A stretch of DNA of 64,000 nt from an uncultured archaeon (GCA_963817525.1 CAWFOU010000007.1:768001-832000), one strand, 5' to 3'; shown: positions 1-10,349, counted from the first letter of the stretch. Notes: a model not told the origin generated them from the sequence alone. A program made the numbers and translations.

Positions 1-1282
1 CGGCCTTGACGGAAGCCAGCCGCTTGCCCTTCCTCTCCCTCTCCTCGGAGTAGTCCTTCGAAAGGGCCTTCGCCCTCTCCGCGCCCGCGAGGAGCTCGTC
101 GTACTCCCTCCTGCTCTCGAGCAGGCCGTCCGTGTCGCGCAGCTCCTTGGTCAGCCGTTCTAGGTGCGCCGAGTTCCTCTTCTCTTCCGCCGTGAGGCCC
201 TCGACCTTCCCGCTGAGGACCGCGGCGTCCGCCTCGCTGTCGCAGACGGGGCACCTCCCCAGCCTGGCCACCGACTCGTACTGGCCTATCTTCGTGCCGA
301 TCTCGGCCTCCGAAGCCTTGTGCCTCGCTATCTCCTCGCGGACGGCCTCTAAGGCCGCCTTGAGCTCCCTCACCGTCTTCTCGGTGGGAGGGGGGCCCGC
401 CTCCGTGGTGGAGCCCAGCTCCTCCCTCTTCCTCTCAGCCCTCTCGACCTCCGCGGCCAGCTCGTCGACCTCCCGCCTCAGGCTCCTGACCTCCCGCATC
501 CGCGACTCGCGCTCCTTGGAGGTGCTCGCGAGCTGCACCTCCACCTCGTGAAGGCTCTGCCTCTTCTCCTCGAGCCTCACGAGGGCCTTTGTCTGCTCCT
601 CCTCCTCGCGGTCGAGCCCCGCGAGCTCCTCGTCTCCCCTGCTCGCCCTGGCGTCCAGCTCCTGTGCCTCCTTCCTGAGAGCGGGGATATCCCTCGCCGC
701 GCCCTCGAACTGCGAGCGCTTGTCGTGGACCTTTCGAGAGAGCTCCTTTGCGTTCTCCATCGCCAGCTTGTATTCCTCGACGCCGAACGCCCTGCGCAGT
801 ATAGAGAGCCTGTCGGTAGGCCTGAGGCCCAGGATGAACTTCATCTCCTCCTGCGGCGAATAGATGGCGTACTGGTAGATGAGGCTCCTCGCCTTGGGCT
901 CCGTTGACTCGCGGAACCCGAGGATGGCGAGGATGCGCTCCTTCATCTCCGTGGGCGGATAGTCCTCCTCGCCGTCGGGCCCCCTGAGTTTCCCCTCGAC
1001 CTGCTGAATGGACCCGCCCTTCTTCGCTAGGACCCTCCGCACCCAGAACTCCTTCCCTCCAGCCTCGAACTCGAGCTCCACGCTCCCCTTGCTCTCGCCC
1101 ACCCGGAGCAGCGACGATGCCCTCGCGCTCCCCAGGCCGAAGAGGGCGAACTCCACCGCCATCAGGATGGTGGACTTGCCCGACCCGATGTCCCCCGAGA
1201 ACAGAGTCCTCCCCCGAGGGAAATCGAGGTCGGCGCTCTTGTAGCTCCTGATGCACTCCATCCTCAGGCGCCTGATTATCAC
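1..1282 (-). CDS. rad50: Rad50/SMC-family ATPase (5' part; runs off window start)
   Basis: Manual translation from GTG at 1282 (overlaps mre11 stop): MIIRRLRMECIRSY...SGDIGSGKST Walker A, coiled coil, CPVC zinc hook at 242-253. Confidence 0.93.
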   Translation of the reverse strand, partial: MIIRRLRMECIRSYKSADLDFPRGRTLFSGDIGSGKSTILMAVEFALFGLGSARASSLLRVGESKGSVELEFEAGGKEFWVRRVLAKKGGSIQQVEGKLRGPDGEEDYPPTEMKERILAILGFRESTEPKARSLIYQYAIYSPQEEMKFILGLRPTDRLSILRRAFGVEEYKLAMENAKELSRKVHDKRSQFEGAARDIPALRKEAQELDARASRGDEELAGLDREEEEQTKALVRLEEKRQSLHEVEVQLASTSKERESRMREVRSLRREVDELAAEVERAERKREELGSTTEAGPPPTEKTVRELKAALEAVREEIARHKASEAEIGTKIGQYESVARLGRCPVCDSEADAAVLSGKVEGLTAEEKRNSAHLERLTKELRDTDGLLESRREYDELLAGAERAKALSKDYSEERERKGKRLASVKA

Positions 1283-2550
1283 TCGACCGCCTCCTCCAGC
1301 AGCTCCTTTGCGAGCAAGGCTTGCGCGCCCGCGTCCATGACCCTCTTGGAGTAGTCCCTCTTCGACTCCATAGTCTTCTGCCCCTGCCTGAGCAGCCTCA
1401 GGAGCTCCGCCGCGCGCTCTAGCCCGCCCTCGCCCGTGAGCTCCCTCGTCGTGAGCTTGAGGCCCCCGATGTTCTCCTTGAAGAGGCTCCTCTCGATCGC
1501 CGTCGGGTCCTCCCCGACCACCTTCACCTGGGCCTGCTCCTTTGAGGTCAGGCCGTGCCTGTTGACGTAGACGTAGAGGGCGCCCCTCCCTTCCATCCCC
1601 CTCTTTGCCGCCTGGGCGTCCACCTCGGTGGTCTTCCCGCCCGCGAGCTCTCCCACCACCCTCACCGCGACCACCTTCCCCCCGACGTCGAGTCTAGAGG
1701 CCTTCTCCAGGAGGAGCTTGTTCGCCTCCATCGAGTTCATCCCCGCCGCGTCGAACTCCAGGTAGGCGCCGGTTATGCTCTTCACTGGGACGAACCTGAT
1801 CCCCCTGAACCTATCGTCAAAGTCGACCACGTAGAACCCCCTCCTCTCTCCCCTCGCCGTCATCTCGAGGTCCTTCCCGCCGTATCCCGTGAATAGCGGC
1901 CCAGGGAAGACGACCCTCGGGTAACCGGGGAGGTGGTACTCGCCCCTCTGGTGGATGTGCCCGCCCGCGTAGTAGTCGAACCCCTTGGGTAGGCTCTCGA
2001 TGTCGAGGGTCTCCATCTCGCTGAGGTAGTCCGGCTTGAACTGGGTTATCCCGCTGTGGAAGGCGAAGACCTTGAACCCGGGCTCCTTCTCGAGAGAGTC
2101 CCTGTCGAGGATGTCGTATTGCTTGCTCTCCAGCCCGACCTTCCTCGCCGAGATCCCTGTGAGCTTCGCGCCCGTCTCGGGGTCGACGAACATCTTGAGC
2201 CTGAGCCGCCCGTCCTCCATCGAGGCCCGCATGACGTTGGTGAGGAGGCCCGCGGTGTGGAGGACGTCGATCACCGACGTGCCCGTGGGGGTGTAGTCGT
2301 GGCTCCCGTAGATTGCGTAGACCGGAATCCTCGCCTCCCTGAGCTCCCTCATCTTCCTGACCGCGTCGTTGACTATGCCCAGGTCGGGGACGCCCGTGTC
2401 GAAGAGGTCGCCTGAGATCAAGACGAAGTCCACCGCCTCGTCGATGCACATGTCCACAGCCTCCGCGAAGCACTTGCGCTCGAGGTCCCTGAGCGCCGGC
2501 TCCCTGTGCGCCCCGAGGTGGACGTCTGACATGTGGGCGAACTTGCTCAA
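1279..2550 (-). CDS. mre11: Mre11/SbcD DNA repair nuclease
   Basis: DVHLG, GDLFD, GSHD, GGHIH phosphoesterase motifs; adjacent to rad50. Confidence 0.95.
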   Translation of the reverse strand: MSKFAHMSDVHLGAHREPALRDLERKCFAEAVDMCIDEAVDFVLISGDLFDTGVPDLGIVNDAVRKMRELREARIPVYAIYGSHDYTPTGTSVIDVLHTAGLLTNVMRASMEDGRLRLKMFVDPETGAKLTGISARKVGLESKQYDILDRDSLEKEPGFKVFAFHSGITQFKPDYLSEMETLDIESLPKGFDYYAGGHIHQRGEYHLPGYPRVVFPGPLFTGYGGKDLEMTARGERRGFYVVDFDDRFRGIRFVPVKSITGAYLEFDAAGMNSMEANKLLLEKASRLDVGGKVVAVRVVGELAGGKTTEVDAQAAKRGMEGRGALYVYVNRHGLTSKEQAQVKVVGEDPTAIERSLFKENIGGLKLTTRELTGEGGLERAAELLRLLRQGQKTMESKRDYSKRVMDAGAQALLAKELLEEAVE

Positions 2551-2664
2551 GGGGAACTCCAGCGGCCACCGGCGCCGACGCTACTTAATTCTGTCACGCA
2601 CCGGAGACCGCACGCTCGGGAGATAGACGCTTGAACCACTCGCCTTTTATCTCGCACCGGCAGC

Positions 2665-3438
2665 ATGGCCCCAATGGCCAGAGGAGGATTGGCCACCGCT
2701 GCCATAGTGGGCATCGTAGTGGTCGTGCTAGTAGGCGCGGGGGTCTTCGGCTACATGTTTCTTGCGCCCTCGAGCCACAACTCTAGCACCACTACCCAGA
2801 GCACTTCGACGACCACCTCCGCGACCATCACCACCACCTCGACAACGGAGGGCAACGTGGTGATCAGCAACGCCGCGGTCTCTAACAGCAGCCTCCTGGT
2901 GACGATTCAGAACACGGGGGCGCAGCCCGTCTCAATAAGCTCCCTGCTCGTAACGCCGGGGAGCGGATGCTCCTCCACGTCCTTCTTCGGGTCCACGACC
3001 GCGTCAAGCACTTCGGCGAGCACCTCTAGCGCCTCGCAGACGAACCAGACCCGCACTGGGTTCGCGCTGCCGGCCTGCATGGAGGGTGCCGTCGTGTTCA
3101 CGGTGCAAAGCAACAGCACCCTGAAGCCGATAGCGCTAGGGCAATTCAACTTCACCCACGCCTTCAACTCCACGAAGTTCTCCCGGACGTTCTCGCGTAA
3201 TGCCTCTAGGACCTTCTCCGCCAACTCCTCGCGGACCATCTCCGGGAACTTCACCAGGGGTGGTTTCCCCGGATTTGCAGGCAACGTCACGGGGGGCGGG
3301 GTCCAGCTGGCGGCGGGCCAGTCAGTGACCTTGACTTATGTCGGGCAGATGGGGTCGGGCGTGACCGAAGGGAGCCAGTACACCATCATGGTGACAGGTC
3401 AAGGGGCGGACGCGCAGATCACCCTGAAAGCCACCTAG
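2665..3438 (+). CDS. Membrane-anchored/secreted Ser/Thr-rich protein with pilin-like N-terminus
   Basis: Basic N-terminus, hydrophobic helix, S/T linker, short SRTFS repeats. Confidence 0.75.
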   Translation: MAPMARGGLATAAIVGIVVVVLVGAGVFGYMFLAPSSHNSSTTTQSTSTTTSATITTTSTTEGNVVISNAAVSNSSLLVTIQNTGAQPVSISSLLVTPGSGCSSTSFFGSTTASSTSASTSSASQTNQTRTGFALPACMEGAVVFTVQSNSTLKPIALGQFNFTHAFNSTKFSRTFSRNASRTFSANSSRTISGNFTRGGFPGFAGNVTGGGVQLAAGQSVTLTYVGQMGSGVTEGSQYTIMVTGQGADAQITLKAT

Positions 3439-3508
3439 CCTCCCTGGGCCTAGATTTTGATTGACCGATGGAGGGGGGCTGTAGACCTCCCCTCCACCGA
3501 CTTCGACA

Positions 3509-3795
3509 CGTGTCGGCACGTAGTCCTCCTTTTGTTCTAGGCGGGATTCAGCTCAGCGGCCTACCTTGGTCTGGTGCAGGCGCGTCGTCGACCATGTTCG
3601 GCCTTGCTCTGCACGGGTCAGCCGTTTCATCCCGTTCCCGTCGACCTCGGGATCGCTCCTTCATCGCTCTTGACGGGACGGGTCTCGTTTCTGTTCTGTT
3701 GCCAGCCGTCTCCGACTACGTCTCTCGGCGTCGTGCATCCTGCAGTGAGGGAGGAACTTCCCCAGGAGATCCCCGTGGCCCACCCGCCGACTCGC
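3509..3795 (-). ncRNA. rnpB: RNase P RNA
   Basis: Minus strand has GGGGAAGTTCCTCCC, AACAGAAAC, GATGAAACGG and AGAACAAAAGGAGGACTAC conserved regions; ends pair (GTCGGC/GCCGAC). Confidence 0.92.
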
Positions 3796-3849
3796 ATCGC
3801 CTCTTGAACGAGCTCTCTTCGGAATTAAGCGTTTCTTTAGACTCGAGAT

Positions 3850-4383
3850 CTAGCCTCGGAAGGCAGTCCGCACCTCGGTGTTTTGCAGTTGTGGGAAGAA
3901 GCTCTTCTCGATTTCCTTGACCTCGTCCTCTGACTCCGCCCTCGCGTACTCCTCCAACGGGTCGTGGTTGAGCGTCTCAAAGGTGGGACCCCACTTGTAG
4001 ATGTTCAGGAACGACCTCGCATCCTCCTGCTCGCCGAGTATGAACAAGGTCGCCGCGACCGCCTCCACTGAGCTGAGGATGCCAAGCCTCGAGTAGTTGG
4101 TCGGGTTCGCCGCGAGGAGCGCGGGCAGCTGCCTGTGCTTCCCGCCTATCTTCCTGAAGAAGACCTCCTGGGCGAGGTTCCAGGAGCAGTCTATCGCCAA
4201 GATGGACTTGCAGCTCCGGTCAAGAGGGGTGAGGAGCTGGCCGGCGAAGGGGTTGAGGACGACGGTCGTGTTGGAGGCGTGGAACTTCCTGGTTACCTCA
4301 GTCGCCAGGCCCATGTGCGCCATCTTCTTGGCGGTGCACTTCGCAGGGTCGTCCTGCCCATAATCGATAACGAAGACGTTCAA
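3850..4383 (-). CDS. tsr3: rRNA aminocarboxypropyltransferase Tsr3 (DUF367)
   Basis: DDPAKCTA, IDCSW, LPALLAANPTNY, YKWGPTF motifs. Confidence 0.93.
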   Translation of the reverse strand: MNVFVIDYGQDDPAKCTAKKMAHMGLATEVTRKFHASNTTVVLNPFAGQLLTPLDRSCKSILAIDCSWNLAQEVFFRKIGGKHRQLPALLAANPTNYSRLGILSSVEAVAATLFILGEQEDARSFLNIYKWGPTFETLNHDPLEEYARAESEDEVKEIEKSFFPQLQNTEVRTAFRG

Positions 4384-4481
4384 GGTGCTAACACGAGTCC
4401 TTTGGTCAAAGAATCGACGCGAAGAGGGGCTAATATATCCTCGCGGACAGGACGCCCAGCGGAAGCCTAGATGGTGAGAGC

Positions 4482-5291
4482 GTGAGCGTCGGCAGGCCGA
4501 TCGACGTCAGAGACGTTCTCGTCAGGTCCGCGCAGATAATCCGCGCGCAGCCGCTCCTCCTCGTCCCCCAGTTGATCATCCTGGTTCCCACGGTCCTCGG
4601 CGACGCCCTGGGGGGGTCGGCGACCCTCGACGCACTCAGGCTGGTCGCGACGATACTCTCGTTCGTGTTCTTCGTGATAGCGAGCGGAGCGTACCCGCCC
4701 CTGGTCAAGACCGTCATTGAGGGAGGCCAGATATCCGTGACCGACGCCCTCGTAGGCGCGTCTCGCAAGTTCTGGACGCTCCTCCTCGCGAGCATCCTCG
4801 TCATCATCATCGTGGGGGTAGGCCTCATAGCCTTGGTAGTCCCCGGCGTGATTCTCTGGACGTGGTATGCCTACACCATCCCCAGCGTGATGCTGGATGG
4901 CAAGGGGGTGACCGGGGCAATGTCGGCGAGCAAAGCGTTCGGGGGCGACAAGAAGATGCGCACATTTCTCATTGGCCTCGCAGCCGTGGTCGTGATCCTA
5001 GTGATCCTCATCGTCGAAGCCGTATTCTCGCTGGCTTCTCCCTTTGTCGGGGACATCGTCTATGACATCCTGCTTGTGTTTCTCGGGGCGTGGCTCTCCG
5101 TGGTCTTGGCGTACACCTACCTCATCTACGGCCCGTCGCCAGTCGCCAACCAGTCTCAGCCCACAGGTTTTAGGCCGCCTCAGGTCCCGACTCAACCGGC
5201 GGTCGGGGCGTCAGGGAACTACTGCCAGTCTTGCGGCTCGCTCATCCCAGCGGGCTCGAAGAACTGCACCGCCTGCGGCAAGCCCATCTGA
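4482..5291 (+). CDS. Multi-pass membrane protein with C-terminal double zinc ribbon
   Basis: Several TM helices; CQSCG...CTACG tail. Confidence 0.8.
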   Translation: MSVGRPIDVRDVLVRSAQIIRAQPLLLVPQLIILVPTVLGDALGGSATLDALRLVATILSFVFFVIASGAYPPLVKTVIEGGQISVTDALVGASRKFWTLLLASILVIIIVGVGLIALVVPGVILWTWYAYTIPSVMLDGKGVTGAMSASKAFGGDKKMRTFLIGLAAVVVILVILIVEAVFSLASPFVGDIVYDILLVFLGAWLSVVLAYTYLIYGPSPVANQSQPTGFRPPQVPTQPAVGASGNYCQSCGSLIPAGSKNCTACGKPI

Positions 5292-5339
5292 GGTCGGCAC
5301 CCCGACAGCATGCTTTAACCCGGACCGCCCGCCCTCGCA

Positions 5340-5846
5340 ATGGCGATGCCAGCCCCCACCACCCAAGGGCCGCCGCCCCCGTCCGACCTGGTCAGGGGAG
5401 AGGGGCCCTACTGGAAGATGGCGGACGTGAAGGGCCTCATCGTGCGGCACCTCGTCACCGGATACCTGATCACCAACTACCGTTGCTTCATCTGGGACGT
5501 GGAGAGGAACGTCGTCACGGCCAACGTCCCGATAGATCTGGCCGACGTGACGGTCGAAGGGCGGAGGAAGGGGAGGAGGTCGAAGCGAGGAGGCAACTTC
5601 ATCGTGCCCCAGACGGTCAACTATTACCAGCCGACCATGGGCGAGCCGGTGGAGATAGGCGACCTCTACTTCCTGGTGAAGGGCGAGGCTGTGATGGTCT
5701 TCAAGGACGTCGCCGAGCCGCTCAACGTCAAAGCCCTGATAGACGCCCTGAAGGCGCACGCGAAGGCCCACATGAGGGCGCCCCGTGGCCTGGGAGTGGA
5801 CTCCCTCTGGAGCGAAAAAGGGCAGGCGTCTGGAGAGCGCACGTGA
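5340..5846 (+). CDS. Hypothetical protein
   Basis: Host-like codon usage, TTTAA box upstream. Confidence 0.7.
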   Translation: MAMPAPTTQGPPPPSDLVRGEGPYWKMADVKGLIVRHLVTGYLITNYRCFIWDVERNVVTANVPIDLADVTVEGRRKGRRSKRGGNFIVPQTVNYYQPTMGEPVEIGDLYFLVKGEAVMVFKDVAEPLNVKALIDALKAHAKAHMRAPRGLGVDSLWSEKGQASGERT

Positions 5847-5897
5847 GCCCGAAAAGAAAACATACGGGGTGACTGGAGTCCCATCGGTGAGCCCGCG

Positions 5898-6329
5898 TTG
5901 ATGAAGATCGAGCTTTCGTCAGAAGAGCTTGCCGAGGAGCTCCAGAAGCACCTCCAAGACAAGAGGTTCACGGGCGGGAGCTACGACCAGGCACGAAGGA
6001 CCATCGAGTTCTCCGACGACCTGAGCCCGGCACAATGGGCGAGCCTCAGAGGCACGGTCGAAAAGTGGGCGAGAGGGAAGAATCTAGGGATCGAGGAATC
6101 GCTCAAGATCCAGGCCCCCATCCCCGAGGAGCCGCAGGCCAAGGAGAGGGCGAGAGAGCAGCAGGCAGAGATGAAGAAGAGACTGGCAGGCCTGACGCTC
6201 CAGGAGGCGGAGGCGCGATTCAACTTCCTCCAGAGCAAGTCGTTCAGCGAGCTGACGGACGCCGAATACGAGGAGCGGCTCGCTTTGGCGGAGACGCTTT
6301 CGCAAAAATCCAAGGGCGCAAAGCGATGA
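5898..6329 (+). CDS. Hypothetical protein
   Basis: Charged helical protein, GGTGA SD upstream. Confidence 0.7.
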   Translation: MMKIELSSEELAEELQKHLQDKRFTGGSYDQARRTIEFSDDLSPAQWASLRGTVEKWARGKNLGIEESLKIQAPIPEEPQAKERAREQQAEMKKRLAGLTLQEAEARFNFLQSKSFSELTDAEYEERLALAETLSQKSKGAKR

Positions 6330-6370
6330 CCCTTCCCAAGCCAGCTTGGGTGAAATCGCAGGAATGTCGT

Positions 6371-6589
6371 TCACGCATATCTCGCGAAGTCATCTCTGTC
6401 TATCCTAGCGTCGTTTAGGATGGATAGCAGAGTCCCCTTGTCGAGTTCGGGATGAAGAGGGACTGTGATGAACGAGGCGTCATTGGTCAGCGTGACGTGG
6501 CTCCCCCTTTGACGAAGGACCCTGAAGCCGAAGTTCTTCGTCAGGATTTTGACCAACTTCTGACCTGAGACGACCGGCAGCCTAGCTAA
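6371..6589 (-). CDS. hicA: HicA-family toxin (mRNA interferase)
   Basis: RQRGSH...VPLHPELDKGTLLSIL; conserved RLPVVSG extends upstream of first canonical start (6556) to TTA at 6589. Confidence 0.88.
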   Translation of the reverse strand, partial: LARLPVVSGQKLVKILTKNFGFRVLRQRGSHVTLTNDASFITVPLHPELDKGTLLSILNDARIDRDDFARYA

Positions 6590-6801
6590 CTGGCCGAGAC
6601 CAACTGCCCTTCTTCTATCGCCACGTTGCCGTGTTCGATGGCGTAATCGGCCATCGCCTCCAAGTGCACCTGAATGGCCTCCCTCAGGTTCTTCTTCGCT
6701 TCTGCGCGCGTCTTGCCTTGAGTGGTGATCCCCAGCTCCGGGACCCGCGCCACAAAATACTTGCTCCCCTTGACTATCTTGACTGTGAACTTCATGGACA
6801 A
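6586..6801 (-). CDS. hicB: HicB-family antitoxin
   Basis: VPELGITTQGKTRAEAKKNLREAI motif; paired with hicA. Confidence 0.9.
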   Translation of the reverse strand: MSMKFTVKIVKGSKYFVARVPELGITTQGKTRAEAKKNLREAIQVHLEAMADYAIEHGNVAIEEGQLVSAS

Positions 6802-6858
6802 GGCTAGCGCAAATATGCTGGAATTCTATTTAAGCGAATCTGCATATCTCGGCAATGC

Positions 6859-7941
6859 TCACGGGTCGATGGTAAACGTCTGCGTCTGATTGTCCGAGAA
6901 AACCAAGGTCAGCGGAGTCGGTGGAGAGGTCGCGCTCACGAGGACGCATTTTTCAGGATAGAAGAACGCTGGATAGCCCAGTGTACCGTTGGGTGCGTAG
7001 TATCCCCAAGTATCCGACTGACTCATGCTGGGAGAGAAGAAGAAGAACTCGTTTGTGTAAGGTAAGCCGGTGAGCGTGGAGTTTCCCGTGTTGGTCAGCG
7101 CAAGTACAACCGTGTTGTCAAGCCCCGGATTCCGGTAGTATGCATCGAGCTTGAGAGGACCCGGGCCGGCCGAGCCGTTCGTGTAGCCCACGAACAAAGA
7201 ATTGGACGCGATGGTGGCGCAGTCGAGCGGGTTCTGGTTCTCGACCACCCGGAAGTGGAGGATTGTCGCCTGTCCCCACAGATCTAGGCCCTCGATCGTG
7301 TATATGCCCGGGGAGAAAGGTCGGAAGACGTCTCCCTTGTCGTAGGTCCAGTAGCCCCAATAGGTCATGTTTGCGGCTGCCGGGAACCCCCTGTCTGAGA
7401 GGTCGTTGCTCATCGGCGCAAAGGACCAGGAATTGGGGCGAAATCCGCACCCATTGACGACTTCTTCGTTAGGACTGATGAGGCCAAGAGATTCGCCTTG
7501 GGACGCGTTGCCGACATCATAGTTGCCCTGGAATATTGCGGCGCCAACGGGAAGCTGACTGCAGGTTTCGTAGGAAGATGAGGGTAAATTGCTGCCAGCA
7601 GGACGGGTGAGGTTGTTTTGCGTGGCCAACGTGTTGTTCAGCGAGAAATACAAAGAGACACCGTCGTTTTCGGACAACGTGCTCCGCGTGATGCTCATCG
7701 TCAACTCGAGGCCTAGGGACGAGTTGGAGTCGCTCGTGGTGAGAGTCGAGAGAATCGTCTGGAGGCTTGTAGTCGAGGTAGAAGCAACGGTGGAAGCGCT
7801 GGTGGCTTCGGTCGTCTTCGTAGTCTTCCCGGGGGAAGGCAGAATCACAACAGCTGCGATGACGAGCACCAGCGTCAAGGCTATGGTCGCGGCAACGATG
7901 ACCGCCCGGCGTGAAATTCTAGCTATCGATTTGGGCGTCAT
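6859..7941 (-). CDS. Secreted/membrane-anchored Cys-containing protein (PGxYT..D.WG family)
   Basis: N-terminal TM, S/T linker, GYW...FSPGIYTIEGLDLWGQ..LHF shared with 8078 and 10688 ORFs. Confidence 0.8.
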   Translation of the reverse strand: MTPKSIARISRRAVIVAATIALTLVLVIAAVVILPSPGKTTKTTEATSASTVASTSTTSLQTILSTLTTSDSNSSLGLELTMSITRSTLSENDGVSLYFSLNNTLATQNNLTRPAGSNLPSSSYETCSQLPVGAAIFQGNYDVGNASQGESLGLISPNEEVVNGCGFRPNSWSFAPMSNDLSDRGFPAAANMTYWGYWTYDKGDVFRPFSPGIYTIEGLDLWGQATILHFRVVENQNPLDCATIASNSLFVGYTNGSAGPGPLKLDAYYRNPGLDNTVVLALTNTGNSTLTGLPYTNEFFFFSPSMSQSDTWGYYAPNGTLGYPAFFYPEKCVLVSATSPPTPLTLVFSDNQTQTFTIDP

Positions 7942-8077
7942 GACCGTCTTACGCAGGAGACCGAGGCAAAATTTACGGGTTGTGGAAAAGAGTTCGTCGA
8001 CGGCAAGATCCCTTTGACAGATGAATGATTCAGAACCCTTAATGGCTGGCTTGACTAGAGAAATCTAGGGTTGGGGT

Positions 8078-9385
8078 TTGAAGGCGCCCGAGGACAGAAT
8101 TATCCTGACGAACAAGAGCCTCGCGGCGATGGGCACTGTGACCCTTCTTGTCATCGCGTCGGTAGCCCTCTACTCTAGCTATCACCCGGGTGCCAAGGCG
8201 AGCAGCACCTCCGAGACGTCTCCGACAGTCTCTATCCAGTCCTCAACCGCCTCGAGCGGCTCCACGTCAGCTAACCAATCCGCGTCCCAGACAGCCTCCG
8301 TCCAGTCTACGAACTCGACGAGTACCGCGCTCTCTTCCTCCCTCTCGACTGGATCGAGCATCAATGAGTCCTCGAGGGGTCTGGAACTCTCGGTCTCAAC
8401 GAACGCCACGATCCGAGAGGGCCAGAAGCTCACAATTGTCATGTCCCTACTCAACTCATTCCCCTCGCCTCTTATCGTCCCGGCATCAGACGGCTGGGGA
8501 GTCAATGGGTTCCCCGTTGCACTTTGGGGCTCATGCACAGGCCTTGAGCCATTGGAGTTCATGATTGTGAAAGGGAACTATACCGTTGCCGCCCTTCACG
8601 CGGCTTCTGTGAACGCCTCTGTTCAGGATGGAGGCTGCATGGAGGGGGGCTCGGTGTCCAACCTTGTCTTTCTGGGCGAAGGCAGCGATGCCAACGCGAC
8701 CGGAAAGTTTTGCGAGGCAAGTTGCTTCCCGGACAACAACCGCGTCAATCTGGACGCGAACTTCACTGTAAGCGGCTACTGGGCGTACCCCATCAACAGC
8801 TCAGAGGCCACCGACATCTTCACTCCTCCAACCCCGGAGTGCACGGACAGCGGAATACCCGACTGCATAAGTTTCCAATTTCCTGAGGTGGGACCCTTCG
8901 CCCAGCACGGGTTCATCCCTGGTTCGTACACGCTGGCTGCGGCTGACGAATGGGGGCAAACTGAGATCCTCCACTTTGCCGTCGCCATGGCAACCACAGA
9001 GGCCACTAGTTCCAACTCGTCAGGGGCACAGCCGCCCCTTGGTTGCGCCTTCGCCAGGACGGTGGACTTCGGCAACGTTCTTGAGGACATCTACATCTCG
9101 CCGGCGCCAACGCTGGGGAGCACCGTCTGCGTCTACGTCCACGCAGACACCAACCCGCCCGCGTTCCCTGCTCCGATCACCTTCGCCATAGCCAACTCCA
9201 CCGACTACATCTTCTTCACCGGTCAATGCGTGGCAATCCAGGGCGAACCTGGGTCTTGTTCGACCAGCTGGGACACGAGCCAGAACTACAAGGGGGCCTT
9301 TCCCGCCGGAGGCTCCTATCGGCTGCTCATTTCGTTCGGCGGACAGCTCATGGACACTGGGGTCACCTTCACGGTTTCTGCGTGA
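8078..9385 (+). CDS. Secreted/membrane-anchored Cys-containing protein (PGxYT..D.WG family)
   Basis: TM, S/T linker, GYW...FIPGSYTLAAADEWGQ..LHF. Confidence 0.8.
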   Translation: MKAPEDRIILTNKSLAAMGTVTLLVIASVALYSSYHPGAKASSTSETSPTVSIQSSTASSGSTSANQSASQTASVQSTNSTSTALSSSLSTGSSINESSRGLELSVSTNATIREGQKLTIVMSLLNSFPSPLIVPASDGWGVNGFPVALWGSCTGLEPLEFMIVKGNYTVAALHAASVNASVQDGGCMEGGSVSNLVFLGEGSDANATGKFCEASCFPDNNRVNLDANFTVSGYWAYPINSSEATDIFTPPTPECTDSGIPDCISFQFPEVGPFAQHGFIPGSYTLAAADEWGQTEILHFAVAMATTEATSSNSSGAQPPLGCAFARTVDFGNVLEDIYISPAPTLGSTVCVYVHADTNPPAFPAPITFAIANSTDYIFFTGQCVAIQGEPGSCSTSWDTSQNYKGAFPAGGSYRLLISFGGQLMDTGVTFTVSA

Positions 9386-9635
9386 GAGAATACCGGGCCA
9401 AGGAAGAGGGCCTGGCGGAGACGCCCTACGGCACGAAGCTTGCTCAGGCCGATGGGCTTCCCCTAAGAATATCTTACCAATCACTAGCAACTACATTCGT
9501 GTCAGTTTAGGCTATCAGTTCGCGCTCCTGCCGGCTGTGGCAGACTATGCGTTGTTGACCGGAGTCGCGGCCGCTCTCACAGGGATCACGCTGACAATAC
9601 TTCGAAGAAGACACGCCAAATGACTCGATGACCAG

Positions 9636-10349
9636 TCATCTCTGCCGATGGCGTCGCACTTCGGCTGACGTCACGCGACCCTCGCCCTCTACGAGCACGT
9701 ATCCCCTTCCTCTTCCCAGAATTCGCCGAATGGTCTCCCTGGCATACTTTGGGTGCATCCTACGGAGTTCGCTCAGGCAGCGCCCCTCTTCGAAATGCGC
9801 TCTTCTGATATTGTCGTAGTCCCTCCTGGATACCTTCGCTCTTGACTTTTCTATCGCTGCAACGATTTTTGCTCTTCTCTTATCTTTCATCAGAGCGTCG
9901 CCTTCCGGATAGGTGAACGGAACATGAATGACGACCTTCCTCTCACGCCTTTCCCTTCGACCTGCCTCAACCTCCTCTCCAAAAATCCCGAATAGGTCGT
10001 CACCTCGAACCCTTCCCTCGTAGCAGTCGATTCCGGCCTGTGCCTCAATGGCTTTCTTGAAAAGGAACGGACGCATTGCCTTCAAGCAAAACAACACACT
10101 CTCGAATCGGCTCACCGCAACCATGTAGGCTGTTCCCTTGGAGGTCTTCAGGACGTTACTCGTAATCACACCATGCTTCTCAAGGAACCCTCGGACCATC
10201 ATAATCTGATCTCCAGACTGGTCGACAAAGATTAGGCTCAGGCTGATTTTGTAAGGCTGATTGGAAGTGTCTGAAATGACTATCGTCCCGTCGCCATCGA
10301 AGTAGCCAGCTACCTGCCTCCAGGAGGTATATTCGGTCACTCTCCACAA
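9636..10349 (-). CDS. Free-standing single-motif LAGLIDADG homing endonuclease with C-terminal HTH-like extension
   Basis: QVAGYFDGDGTI motif, FVDQS, PFLFKK; lower GC than host. Confidence 0.85.
   Translation of the reverse strand: MWRVTEYTSWRQVAGYFDGDGTIVISDTSNQPYKISLSLIFVDQSGDQIMMVRGFLEKHGVITSNVLKTSKGTAYMVAVSRFESVLFCLKAMRPFLFKKAIEAQAGIDCYEGRVRGDDLFGIFGEEVEAGRRERRERKVVIHVPFTYPEGDALMKDKRRAKIVAAIEKSRAKVSRRDYDNIRRAHFEEGRCLSELRRMHPKYARETIRRILGRGRGYVLVEGEGRVTSAEVRRHRQR

Noticed and set aside
132-1256. Long ORFs overlapping rad50, and many similar alternative-frame ORFs across the window
   Set aside because: Shadow ORFs of GC-rich genes with Arg/Pro/Gly-rich translations and no motifs.
3468-3920. 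150-aa plus-strand ORF
   Set aside because: Antisense to RNase P RNA.
9470-9623. Reading frame ending in TM helix plus RRRHAK
   Set aside because: No usable start codon; at most a surface-protein remnant.
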